A stretch of 49,455 nucleotides of DNA, from positions 1 through 49,455 of the IMG/VR virus record IMGVR_UViG_3300017722_002491, one strand, 5' to 3'. Shown here one piece after another: positions 8,131 through 16,917 of this stretch. The notes beneath the pieces were generated by a model, which saw nothing but the letters and a program-made list of their open reading frames with translations, ran no database searches and had not been told where the DNA came from. Numbering within the stretch: the stretch's first letter is position 1; the number at the start of each line of letters is the position of its first letter. Origin of the DNA: a virus (lineage: Duplodnaviria > Caudoviricetes). The position numbers and the translations under genes are program-made.

Positions 8131-9173
8131 GCCACAAAGCCGCAATCCTGACACAACTGAACTCGCCCTTAGAGATATGGGACATTGAACACGCATCAAC
8201 GTCATTCGGCAAAACCTGCGCCACTGGACAGGTGCGCGTGGAAATGCTGATGAGCGGCATCTGCGGCAGCCAGCTACAAGAGATTGCAGGCAACAAGGGC
8301 AACGCCGGATTCATCCCTCACTTGTTAGGGCATGAGGGATGCGGGATTGTCCGCGAAGTCGGGGCTGGTGTTAATGTTCAACTCATCGGCAAGAAAGTCG
8401 TCTGCCACTGGCGCAAAGGCGAAGGCAGCGATGCCTATCTGACCGCTCGCTACGAGACAGGCGGCGGCAGAACCCTTGGCGGTGGTCACGTAACCACGCT
8501 CTGCGAATCAGCCGTGGTCAGCCGCAACCGTGTTACCGTGGTTGACGACGATGTGCCTATGGAGCTTTGCGCGTTGCTCGGATGCGGACTCAGCACGGCA
8601 CTAGGAACCGTGGAGCAGGAAGCCAAGTTGAAGTTTGGCGAGAGCATCCTGATCATCGGGTGCGGGGGTGTGGGGATGAATCTCATCCAAGCCGCAAAGC
8701 TGTCATGCGCCTTCCCGATTGTTGCCTGTGACGTTAATTTGGATAAAAAGTCAGCGGCAATGTATAATCAAGCTACCCATTATATCAACATCAGTGAACC
8801 ATTTGAACATCCAGTGGAGAAGTATGACGTAATCGTGGATACAACAGGCAACATCCAAGCAATCGAGGACGGGATACAGCGGCTCGCCAGCGGCGGCAGG
8901 TTCATCATGGTCGGACAACCGAAGCCGGGACAATCCTATCGCGTGTTGTCTGCTCTCGATATGTTCTTTGGCGAGGGCAAGACGATTATTGCTACGCAGG
9001 GCGGCGGGTTTCGACCGCATCTCGACATCCCGCGCTACGTGAATCTCTGGCGTTCGGGGTTGCTGGATTTGACGGGAACAATTTCGCACAAGTTGCCGCT
9101 GGAACAGATTAACGATGGAATAGACCTAGTTCGCAACGGATTGGCTGGTCGAGTAATGATTTCTCTGAAATGA
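8127..9173 (+). CDS. Zn-dependent medium-chain alcohol dehydrogenase/reductase
   Basis: GICGSQ, LGHEGCG, LGCGLSTA, Rossmann GCGGVG; lacks the 4-Cys structural Zn loop. Confidence 0.92.
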   Translation: MSHKAAILTQLNSPLEIWDIEHASTSFGKTCATGQVRVEMLMSGICGSQLQEIAGNKGNAGFIPHLLGHEGCGIVREVGAGVNVQLIGKKVVCHWRKGEGSDAYLTARYETGGGRTLGGGHVTTLCESAVVSRNRVTVVDDDVPMELCALLGCGLSTALGTVEQEAKLKFGESILIIGCGGVGMNLIQAAKLSCAFPIVACDVNLDKKSAAMYNQATHYINISEPFEHPVEKYDVIVDTTGNIQAIEDGIQRLASGGRFIMVGQPKPGQSYRVLSALDMFFGEGKTIIATQGGGFRPHLDIPRYVNLWRSGLLDLTGTISHKLPLEQINDGIDLVRNGLAGRVMISLK

Positions 9174-9649
9174 AAACAATACCGCTCACACAGGGGAAAG
9201 TTGCAATTGTGGATGACGAGGATTACGAGATATTAAACCAGTTCAAGTGGTATGCGGAAAGGCAAGGAAAGACATTCTACGCAAACAGGAAAGCTCCGCT
9301 ATCACAATCAAGAATTACAACCGTGATGCGCAGGGAAATCAGGATGCACAGGGAAATAATAAATCCGCCCACTGGTTTTTTCTGCGATCACAAAAACGGG
9401 GATGGCTTAGACAATCGCCGCGCTAATTTGCGCATTGTCACCAATGGACAGAATCAGTTGAATAAAGGGAAATACAAATCAAACACAACTGGCGCAAAAG
9501 GCGTTTTCATGGATCACGGAAAATACAGAGCCGAAATCAGGAAGGACGGAAAAAGAAAGTATCTTGGTATGTTCAAAACAGTAGAAGAAGCATCAGCCGC
9601 ATACCAAAAAGCAGCTAAAGAACTATTTGGAGAATACGCAAGAGCATGA
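9170..9649 (+). CDS. HNH endonuclease with C-terminal AP2 domain
   Basis: IPLTQGKVAIVDDED, MHR, DHKNGDGLDNRRANLR, KGV...YRAEI...YLG.F...EEA..AY; AT-rich relative to neighbours. Confidence 0.92.
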   Translation: MKTIPLTQGKVAIVDDEDYEILNQFKWYAERQGKTFYANRKAPLSQSRITTVMRREIRMHREIINPPTGFFCDHKNGDGLDNRRANLRIVTNGQNQLNKGKYKSNTTGAKGVFMDHGKYRAEIRKDGKRKYLGMFKTVEEASAAYQKAAKELFGEYARA

Positions 9650-10278
9650 ACTTACACACGAAAGAAAGTCTGATCGCTTTTGAAAACCGAATCAAGGGCT
9701 TATGGGAAGAAGGGGAACTGCCTTCCCTCCTGCACTTGTGCGGAGGTAACGAGGATGAACTGATCGAGATTTTCAAGCGCATCAATCACAACGATTGGGT
9801 ATTCACCAGCCACCGCGCACATTACCACTGTCTCCTAAAGGGGATGAGCGAGAAGCAGCTTGAGCAGGAGATACGCGAGGATCGTTCCATGTTCGTGTTC
9901 AGCAAAGAACTGAAAATCTATCAGTCGGCAATCCTTGGCGGCACTTGCGGCATTGCGGCTGGCGTTGCTGCCGGAATCAAGCGGGCAGGCGGGAATGAAC
10001 GGGTGTGGTGTTTCCTCGGTGACGGGGCATACGAGAACGGGCATCTGTTTGAGGCCGCGCTATACGTCACAGGCCATGAATTGCCATGCACCTTCATCAT
10101 CGAGAACAACAACAGACAGGTGGATACCAGCATTAAGGACAGGCGCGGGGATAACTCGCTTGCCTTCTCCATGAACGCGCCATGTGTCGAGGAATACTAC
10201 TACGATCCAACGTATCCCCATGCGGGTAGCGGTTGTAAATCCATCATCACTTTTAATCGAACCACGCCGCTACAATGA
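9646..10278 (+). CDS. TPP-dependent E1-alpha-like subunit (short)
   Basis: HLCGGNE, SHRAHYH, TPP motif GDG-x(~26)-ENN. Confidence 0.9.
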   Translation: MNLHTKESLIAFENRIKGLWEEGELPSLLHLCGGNEDELIEIFKRINHNDWVFTSHRAHYHCLLKGMSEKQLEQEIREDRSMFVFSKELKIYQSAILGGTCGIAAGVAAGIKRAGGNERVWCFLGDGAYENGHLFEAALYVTGHELPCTFIIENNNRQVDTSIKDRRGDNSLAFSMNAPCVEEYYYDPTYPHAGSGCKSIITFNRTTPLQ

Positions 10279-11174
10279 AAACGCTCATCGGGATAGTCTC
10301 ATACGGCAACCTGCCATTCCTGCAACTTGCTGTGCGCGGCATCAAGGAAACACTGACAAAGGATGCTGATATTTTGGTGGTAATAGCAAAGCCAGATGAT
10401 CATGCGATGGAGGAATGGCTGTCAGCCGGATTTATCAACTACATCCGAAACACCGAGAACATCGGGTTTGCCGGAAGCATCAACGACATTTTTGAGTATG
10501 CTTATTTCGCCAACCAATACGACAACGTGATCATCATGGGGAATGACGTTATTCCTTATCCCGGCGCACTAGATGCCATGATCAACTGCGCAGAAACAAC
10601 CGATTGGGAATGGATATGCGCCTCACAGTTTGACTCAAAATCCCTTGTAGCCCGCTACCCCGAATCCGCGCAATACTTCAAGGGCAACACGCTAGAGTTC
10701 ACAGACTTTGACGCAAGACCGTGGGAACTGCACAAGGAAATCCATGCACCGAACATTGAGCCGGATTCGCTGAAAGACGTTCGCAATCTCGCGCTGTTTA
10801 AGCGAAGCGTATTCGATAAGACGGGATACGCCGATGTGAACTTCTGGCCGAACGCATATTTTGAGGATAACGATGCCGCGAGACGTGCGAACCTATGCGG
10901 GGTGAAGGCGTGCGGACTCAGCGAGGCAGCATACTTTCATTTTTGGAGCCGCACCATCCATCAGGGCGAGAATCGGCAGCACTCCAGATATTTTGAGCGC
11001 AACCTTGCTCACTACATCCACAAATGGGGCGGGGCGGTTGGCGGTGAAAGCTATTCACAGCTTTATGACGGCAGGGGTTTTCGGTTGTCACCCGATATCT
11101 TTCTCGCGCCTGACATGAGGATCGCATCACGGGAGCAGGAGCAAGCGATTATTCAGTATTGGTCAACGCTATGA
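10275..11174 (+). CDS. GT2-family glycosyltransferase
   Basis: IGIVSY, ENIGFAGSIN, MGNDV, FDKTGYAD..F..AYFEDND, FHFWSRT. Confidence 0.88.
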   Translation: MKTLIGIVSYGNLPFLQLAVRGIKETLTKDADILVVIAKPDDHAMEEWLSAGFINYIRNTENIGFAGSINDIFEYAYFANQYDNVIIMGNDVIPYPGALDAMINCAETTDWEWICASQFDSKSLVARYPESAQYFKGNTLEFTDFDARPWELHKEIHAPNIEPDSLKDVRNLALFKRSVFDKTGYADVNFWPNAYFEDNDAARRANLCGVKACGLSEAAYFHFWSRTIHQGENRQHSRYFERNLAHYIHKWGGAVGGESYSQLYDGRGFRLSPDIFLAPDMRIASREQEQAIIQYWSTL

Positions 11175-11797
11175 TCCCGAAAATCATACATCAAATCTGG
11201 ATTGGGAATAAAGTGATTCCAGACAGGGAGTTCACTTGGGTTGCTCAAATGAACGAGATGAACAGGTCGTCTTGGATTCATAGATACCACGGCAACGAAC
11301 TACTGGAACGCTACGGGCAAGACCCCTTCATCAAATACATGGTCGCTAAAAAAGAGCGCATAGCCTTCATCACGGATCGCCTGCGCGTGCTGCTGCTTCA
11401 AGAGGAAGGCGGCATCTACGTGGATGTGGACAGCCAGCCGATACGCCTTTTTGATTCGATTGACGTATGGAATCGGTATGACTTCGTAGCTGGGTTGCGC
11501 TCGCCATTCCGCAAAGACGTAGCACTTCATCGCGCCGTCCCGATTGTGGACAACACCCTCATGGCATCCGTTCCAAACGGCAGGATGATAGGGATTATTG
11601 CCGCTCTGTGGACTCCTGCGCAAATCACTTCTGCCAACCACGCGATTAACGGTCATAGGACAGGGCTTGCAATTATCGAGAACTGCGATTACACGACTTG
11701 TTTGCTTAACCATCGTTACATATATTGCGAGCAAAAATATCCCGAAACACTGATATTACACGACACGCACAACCTTGGAACATGGGCAAAAAACTGA
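11171..11797 (+). CDS. GT32 (OCH1-like) DxD glycosyltransferase
   Basis: MIPKIIHQIWIG, DRLRVLLL...GGIYVDVD; ATGA overlap at 11171. Confidence 0.9.
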   Translation: MIPKIIHQIWIGNKVIPDREFTWVAQMNEMNRSSWIHRYHGNELLERYGQDPFIKYMVAKKERIAFITDRLRVLLLQEEGGIYVDVDSQPIRLFDSIDVWNRYDFVAGLRSPFRKDVALHRAVPIVDNTLMASVPNGRMIGIIAALWTPAQITSANHAINGHRTGLAIIENCDYTTCLLNHRYIYCEQKYPETLILHDTHNLGTWAKN

Positions 11798-11798
11798 T

Positions 11799-12083
11799 AT
11801 GCCACGCATCAAAAACAGATCAATGGTTCCGTCAATCCCGATTATATGGAGGGACGGAAAACACCTTGTAGAATGGCGCACCGTGCATGAGACGTTCAAT
11901 CAGTGGGTCGGCAAAGTGAACTCCTATTGCGCGGCAAACGGAATCACCGCGCCGACAGAGGATCAGCTAGACGAACTAGCCTGCACGCAATTTCCGCATC
12001 ACATATGCACCGGATACAGGAATTACCATGCTCCAGTAATGCACCGGAGCGGCGGTTGCTCAAGTTGCGGAGGAAAGCGATGA
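11799..12083 (+). CDS. Small Cys-containing protein ending in GGCSSCGG
   Basis: 94 aa, 5 Cys including a C-terminal CxxC. Confidence 0.7.
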   Translation: MPRIKNRSMVPSIPIIWRDGKHLVEWRTVHETFNQWVGKVNSYCAANGITAPTEDQLDELACTQFPHHICTGYRNYHAPVMHRSGGCSSCGGKR

Positions 12084-12367
12084 TCGAGTTCCTTCTACGC
12101 ATCGTTATCGGGTGTCTTGTTATTACGGGCGCATGGGCGGCGTGTGGCAAGGACATGATTCTTGAGCCGATTGCCGATGCGTTAGAAGTGATTCTGCCGA
12201 AGTGGTTCTGCAAGCCCCTGTTCCTCTGTCCTGCTTGTATGTCGAGCGTGTGGGGCACGACTGTCTATTTTTACACGGGAGGAAATGGTTATCATTACCC
12301 TCTCTACCTTTTCGCGCTTTGTGGCGCAATGCACCTGATCTCAATCCGCCTGCTCTCCAATGACTGA
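12080..12367 (+). CDS. Membrane protein with CxxC (DUF1360-like)
   Basis: Hydrophobic helices; KPLFLCPACMSSVWG motif; stop overlaps portal start. Confidence 0.7.
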   Translation: MIEFLLRIVIGCLVITGAWAACGKDMILEPIADALEVILPKWFCKPLFLCPACMSSVWGTTVYFYTGGNGYHYPLYLFALCGAMHLISIRLLSND

Positions 12368-14873
12368 CAATAATTCACCCGCTGACACAACGCCACTCAG
12401 CGTTCAAACCGTTGATTCAAAAGGCAAAGCACCCAAGCGCAGGGTAGCGACTACTACCGCTGCATGGTCGGCATACGTTGAGGCGCGTAACGCCAACATG
12501 AAGCGGGATCAGCGGTTTGCGGACATTGCAGGCATCTATGCAGGGTTTCCGCCAACGCCGCCAGCGACACAAGAAGCAAATGGGCAGGCGGATATGCCCA
12601 ACATCAACACGAAGCAGTTTCAAGCTAAGGTGGACACCTACCGCTCAACGTGGATGGCTATGTCGGCACAGGGCGACGGCTATGCCGAAGTCATGGCAGA
12701 ACATGACGACTCAATGGAAGCTGAACGTCGCGGCAAGGTTGTTACGGAAGAAATGAACTCGGCTATCCGGCGATGGGACAACCCTGATTTTGAGCAGGGC
12801 AATCAGTATATCCTAGAGTCAGCAGCACGGGATACGCAGATGGGGCTATTTGGTATTGGCATCGCGTTCTTCCCTGATTCCATAGATTTCCGGTTCAAAG
12901 TGATTCCGACGCGCAGAGTGCTATTACCAGAGGGAACGCGCCTCTCAATGGACAACTGTTCGGCAATGTGGATCGAGGATCAGATTTCAGTGACAGACCT
13001 TTACGGCAGATGCGGGATGGCGGGATGGAATGAAAAATCAATCCTTCGTAATCTTTATGAACACGTAGAGCTAACGTCGCAAACCAGCCAGCGCAGGTTC
13101 ACGTATAGCGAATGGGTCAATCAGATTCGCAACAATGACGCATGGCTTCTAAGCGAGTTCCTTCCGATTCGGTTGATTCATATGTTCACCAAGGAGTTCG
13201 ACGGGAGCATAACGCAAGTCACATTTACTGACCTATTCGGCACGGGACGCGCCGACGAGACAACAAAGGACGAGGATGCCAATTCGTTCATCTACGAAAG
13301 AACTAAAATAGCGAAACGCTGGCAGCAGATTATCGTTCCGTTTGCGGACAATGCAGGGCCGGAGAACGATTGGCACGGGGTAAAGGGATTTGGCGATCTC
13401 ATTTTTGACGGATGCCACTTGAACAACCTGATGTTCAACAGAGCGGCAACGGGAGCCGTGCTGACGAATATGCTGATGTTTAAGGGAATGTCAGAGTCAG
13501 ATACGCAAAAGCTGGATCAAATCACCCTATCGAACCTTGGCATTATGGCTCCGGGGCTAGAGATGGAGCAGCAACGGTTTCAAGCGGACATTCAAGGTGC
13601 GCTGTCTATTGTGGGAACGGGCAGTCAGTTAATATCGGAAAACACTCGCATCAGCCCGCAGAACGACAAGACGACAACAGGGGAGCAACCAACGGCAACA
13701 CAGGTAACAGCAGATAGGGCAGACAGGGCGCAGTTTTCCACGTTGCAGATTATGGTGTATCGGTCAGTCGGACTCGATGTGCTTTTCAGCGAGATGTATC
13801 GCAGGTTGGCGCAACCAGCGAGCAAGTATCCCGAATCATGGGGCGGCGGCGAAGTCGCAAAACGGTTCCGCGACAGGTGCAAGAAGCGCGGCATTCCAGA
13901 GGGAGAGTTGATGGATGTGAAGTGCGTTCGCGCTAACCGCAACATTGGCAGCGGAGATTTGTCGCTTGATTTGATGAAGGGCAAGGAACTCATGGGCGTA
14001 GCAACTCCAGGCAGGGGGCAGTTGAACGCAAGGAAGGAAATCGTGGCTGCACTCAAGGGAGTGGAAATGGTATCGGCATTCGTGGAGGAAGAAGAGCCGC
14101 AGCCCGGACAGGATGCAGTTCAGATTGATAACGAGAACAACCTGATTCATCTCGGTCAGGTTCCGATTGCCTACGGATTCCAAGATCAGGAGCGTCACGT
14201 ATCAAAGCACATGGAATTGCTGTCACAAGCATCACAGGTAGTTCCGCAAATCATGGAGCAAGGTGTCAATCCGCAGAACCTAGAAGGCGCGAAAAAGCTG
14301 AACATACTCATGGACGCAGGAGTGCAGCACGTAGGCCAGCACGTTCAACTTATGGCTTCAATTCCACGCGCAGGTAATCAGCCCGCGCTTTACGAGCAGA
14401 TGGTTGCCGCAATTACTAAGCAGTTGAACAACCTGCAACAGTTAAGCACATCGCTGGCGGAAGATATTCAGAAAGCAGACGTTCAGCAGCAACCGCAGGC
14501 ATCGCCGGAAATGATGAAAGCGCAGCAGGATATGCAGATTAAGCAAGCGCAAGCTCAACAGGAGATGGCACTCAAGGATCAGGCTCACAAAGCCAAGCTC
14601 GGCAATCTCGCTGTGACGACACAAGCGCGGACTCAAATGAAGTTGTCGGATCATCAGATGACGCAGGCGCAAAAGGATGAGCAGAAACGGCAGGATTTGC
14701 TTCACCAACAGGCGCAGGGAGCGCAAGACTTGACTCTTGGAGCGGCAAAGGCGCAGCAGGATATTTTGGTAAAACAAAAGTCTGATGAGATGAAACTTAC
14801 GGCAGAAGCTATTTCGACACGGCAGGACATCGCCAGAAAAGAAGCAATGAGCAAGCCAAAGAAAACCAAATAA
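12360..14873 (+). CDS. Portal protein (P22-like, long Q-rich C-terminal barrel)
   Basis: 837 aa, first large head gene; G-x-G motif after the wing helices, TATQV, Q/A/K-rich helical tail. Confidence 0.8.
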   Translation: MTDNNSPADTTPLSVQTVDSKGKAPKRRVATTTAAWSAYVEARNANMKRDQRFADIAGIYAGFPPTPPATQEANGQADMPNINTKQFQAKVDTYRSTWMAMSAQGDGYAEVMAEHDDSMEAERRGKVVTEEMNSAIRRWDNPDFEQGNQYILESAARDTQMGLFGIGIAFFPDSIDFRFKVIPTRRVLLPEGTRLSMDNCSAMWIEDQISVTDLYGRCGMAGWNEKSILRNLYEHVELTSQTSQRRFTYSEWVNQIRNNDAWLLSEFLPIRLIHMFTKEFDGSITQVTFTDLFGTGRADETTKDEDANSFIYERTKIAKRWQQIIVPFADNAGPENDWHGVKGFGDLIFDGCHLNNLMFNRAATGAVLTNMLMFKGMSESDTQKLDQITLSNLGIMAPGLEMEQQRFQADIQGALSIVGTGSQLISENTRISPQNDKTTTGEQPTATQVTADRADRAQFSTLQIMVYRSVGLDVLFSEMYRRLAQPASKYPESWGGGEVAKRFRDRCKKRGIPEGELMDVKCVRANRNIGSGDLSLDLMKGKELMGVATPGRGQLNARKEIVAALKGVEMVSAFVEEEEPQPGQDAVQIDNENNLIHLGQVPIAYGFQDQERHVSKHMELLSQASQVVPQIMEQGVNPQNLEGAKKLNILMDAGVQHVGQHVQLMASIPRAGNQPALYEQMVAAITKQLNNLQQLSTSLAEDIQKADVQQQPQASPEMMKAQQDMQIKQAQAQQEMALKDQAHKAKLGNLAVTTQARTQMKLSDHQMTQAQKDEQKRQDLLHQQAQGAQDLTLGAAKAQQDILVKQKSDEMKLTAEAISTRQDIARKEAMSKPKKTK

Positions 14874-15287
14874 ATGCTACAAGAAATTGCAGTTCAACTA
14901 AGATTCCTCCAACTTTTTACGCACAACGCGCACAACCTAATCTCAGGAGTCACGTTCCTTGCGGATCACAAGTTTTTTGGAAAACTGTATCCTATTTACG
15001 AAGCTGCTTACGATAAAATCGTAGAACGAGCTATCGGAACAGATAAGGAAATTGATCTATCAACCGTAGCCATGAATGCAGCAGAAATGGTTGAGAAGAT
15101 GGAAGAAGATAATACTTCCGAAGATTGGTTCTACGCAATTCTCGCAGGCGAACAAGGGCTGTGCGGCATGGTTGAGAAATGCTTCAAAGAATCGAAGAAA
15201 TACAGTCAAGGAACCTTGAACCTTCTAGCTCAGGTTTGCGACGACTCCGAAGCACGCCAATACAAAATGCAACAACGCCTAAAATGA
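14874..15287 (+). CDS. Dps/ferritin-like four-helix protein
   Basis: H-x-x-H-x-x-x-x-G-x-x-F-x-x-x-H-x-x-F-x-x-LY-x6-D-x-x-x-ER Dps-like signature. Confidence 0.8.
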   Translation: MLQEIAVQLRFLQLFTHNAHNLISGVTFLADHKFFGKLYPIYEAAYDKIVERAIGTDKEIDLSTVAMNAAEMVEKMEEDNTSEDWFYAILAGEQGLCGMVEKCFKESKKYSQGTLNLLAQVCDDSEARQYKMQQRLK

Positions 15288-15565
15288 CAAAAAAGGAACT
15301 CCACTCTCACATTGGGCCGCAGGTTGCGGTAATGATTTCCGACACCACGTTCGCACATCTGCTTGAGTGCGCCCGTGAAGAAATGACAAACGTAGGCGCA
15401 ATCACGGATGCCACAAGCATCATAAGAAACGAAGGATATATGCGTGGATGGATTGGCTGCATCGCCTTTCTTAAAAACATCGGGAAACTTAAAGTTGAAG
15501 AAGCCCCAAAACCACAAGTGCAGCTTTATTCCGATCCAATTTCAGACAACAGACCTAAACTTTAA
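15284..15565 (+). CDS. Small head-module protein
   Basis: 93 aa between portal and scaffold; EGY-x-x-GW helix typical of genes at this position. Confidence 0.7.
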   Translation: MTKKELHSHIGPQVAVMISDTTFAHLLECAREEMTNVGAITDATSIIRNEGYMRGWIGCIAFLKNIGKLKVEEAPKPQVQLYSDPISDNRPKL

Positions 15566-15568
15566 TCT

Positions 15569-16696
15569 ATGGAAACTACAACCGAAAAACCAGCAACAGA
15601 AACCACACCGGTAATCCCCGCTGCGCCGCCAGCAGAGGAAAATAAAGGCCCACTTACGCCCGAACAAGTGGATGCCGTAGTTGGCAATTTGCTCAAACCG
15701 AAGGTCACAAACCTGCCGGAAATCCAGAAGCAAAAACCGAAACAGGAAAAAGCCAAGGAGCCGGAAGCTAAGATTGAGAATGATGCCGACAAAAACTTTG
15801 CCGCACTTCGCAAGAAAGCAGAAGAAGCGGAGAAGCGTGCAACTGAACGCGAAGCAGAATTGACGAAGGTGCGCGAGGAATACGACACCTTCAAAAAAAA
15901 TCCTGTTCCGAAGGAATACGAGGAAAAGCTGACAGCATCGGAAAAGCGTGCGCAGGAGTTGCAAACAAATCTACGCATCGCTGACCTTGCCCGCGATCCA
16001 GAGTTTCAAGGCAAATACAACAAGCCCATTGAGGCATCCGTGCGCGTGATGAGTAATCTTTTTGTAGAAGCCGGGGCTGATGCCGCAGAGATTAAAACTG
16101 CAATCGCCACATGGAACGAAGAACAGTTTTCGGATTGGGCGGATATGCTACCTGCATCTAAGCGTCTCCGATTTAATGCTGCATACCAAAAAGCAATCGA
16201 ACTTGATATGCAGCGGAATCAGGAGTTGGCGGATTCCGAAACCACTTGGATCAATCTCCAAAAGCAGCGGCAAACGGATGCAGAAAATAATCAGAAGCAG
16301 TATCTTGCATCGCTCAAGTCTGAACGCAATTCCGTGTTTGCCGAAATTGAAGCAACACACAAAGAGCTTTTAGCCGACCCTGACATCCGTAGGCAAACGG
16401 AGGAAATGCTGGATCGCGCTATTGGCGCAGACGGCAAAGGACTATCAACCCGCGATATGCTTTCCAGCCTCGCGCATACGCACACTCTGGCACATTACTT
16501 CAAACGTGTAGAAGGAGAACGCGCAAAACTTGCAGAGGAAAATACAGCACTCAAAGCAAAGTTGGAGGAACGTGATTCTTTCATCAAAGGCGTCAATGGT
16601 AGCATCCCCGTCCCAAGCGGCTCTACACCTTCGCACAGCGCGGCTGATTTAGATTCGATTGTCGGGAAACTTCTGCGCCCGACTGTTAGGGCATAG
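15569..16696 (+). CDS. Capsid scaffolding protein
   Basis: Acidic Pro-rich N-terminus, NFAALR coiled coils, directly upstream of the capsid gene, no Cys. Confidence 0.75.
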   Translation: METTTEKPATETTPVIPAAPPAEENKGPLTPEQVDAVVGNLLKPKVTNLPEIQKQKPKQEKAKEPEAKIENDADKNFAALRKKAEEAEKRATEREAELTKVREEYDTFKKNPVPKEYEEKLTASEKRAQELQTNLRIADLARDPEFQGKYNKPIEASVRVMSNLFVEAGADAAEIKTAIATWNEEQFSDWADMLPASKRLRFNAAYQKAIELDMQRNQELADSETTWINLQKQRQTDAENNQKQYLASLKSERNSVFAEIEATHKELLADPDIRRQTEEMLDRAIGADGKGLSTRDMLSSLAHTHTLAHYFKRVEGERAKLAEENTALKAKLEERDSFIKGVNGSIPVPSGSTPSHSAADLDSIVGKLLRPTVRA

Positions 16697-16716
16697 AAAT
16701 AATCAGCAAAAATAAA

Positions 16717-16750
16717 TATTGACGGTCTGCTGATATTCTGCTTTTACAGA
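16717..16750 (+). promoter_or_regulatory. Putative capsid promoter inside an imperfect inverted repeat
   Basis: TATTGACG flanked by ATCAGCA (16702-16708) and TGCTGAT (16728-16734). Confidence 0.5.
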
Positions 16751-16751
16751 A

Positions 16752-16884
16752 ACCAGCGTAGCCTTTTCTTCACACCGAAGGGCGAGCTAATTGAGTTTCT
16801 GATTCAGCCGTTATGAACATCATGGTAGTCCGGCAACTACCTCGGAAATGAGATTGGAAGGGGCGGCCCGCAACCGTCGCTGGT
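16752..16884 (+). ncRNA. Candidate structured 5' leader of the capsid gene
   Basis: Closing stem ACCAGCG/CGCTGGT enclosing several hairpins, e.g. GGTAGT-CCGGCA-ACTACC. Confidence 0.5.
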
Positions 16885-16917
16885 GAAAAACTCAACTCAC
16901 TTAACCAACTCATTTAT

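Noticed and set aside
7169-10278. Pyruvate dehydrogenase as a central-carbon auxiliary metabolic gene
   Set aside because: Subunits are truncated, E2/E3 are absent and the context is glycosyltransferases.
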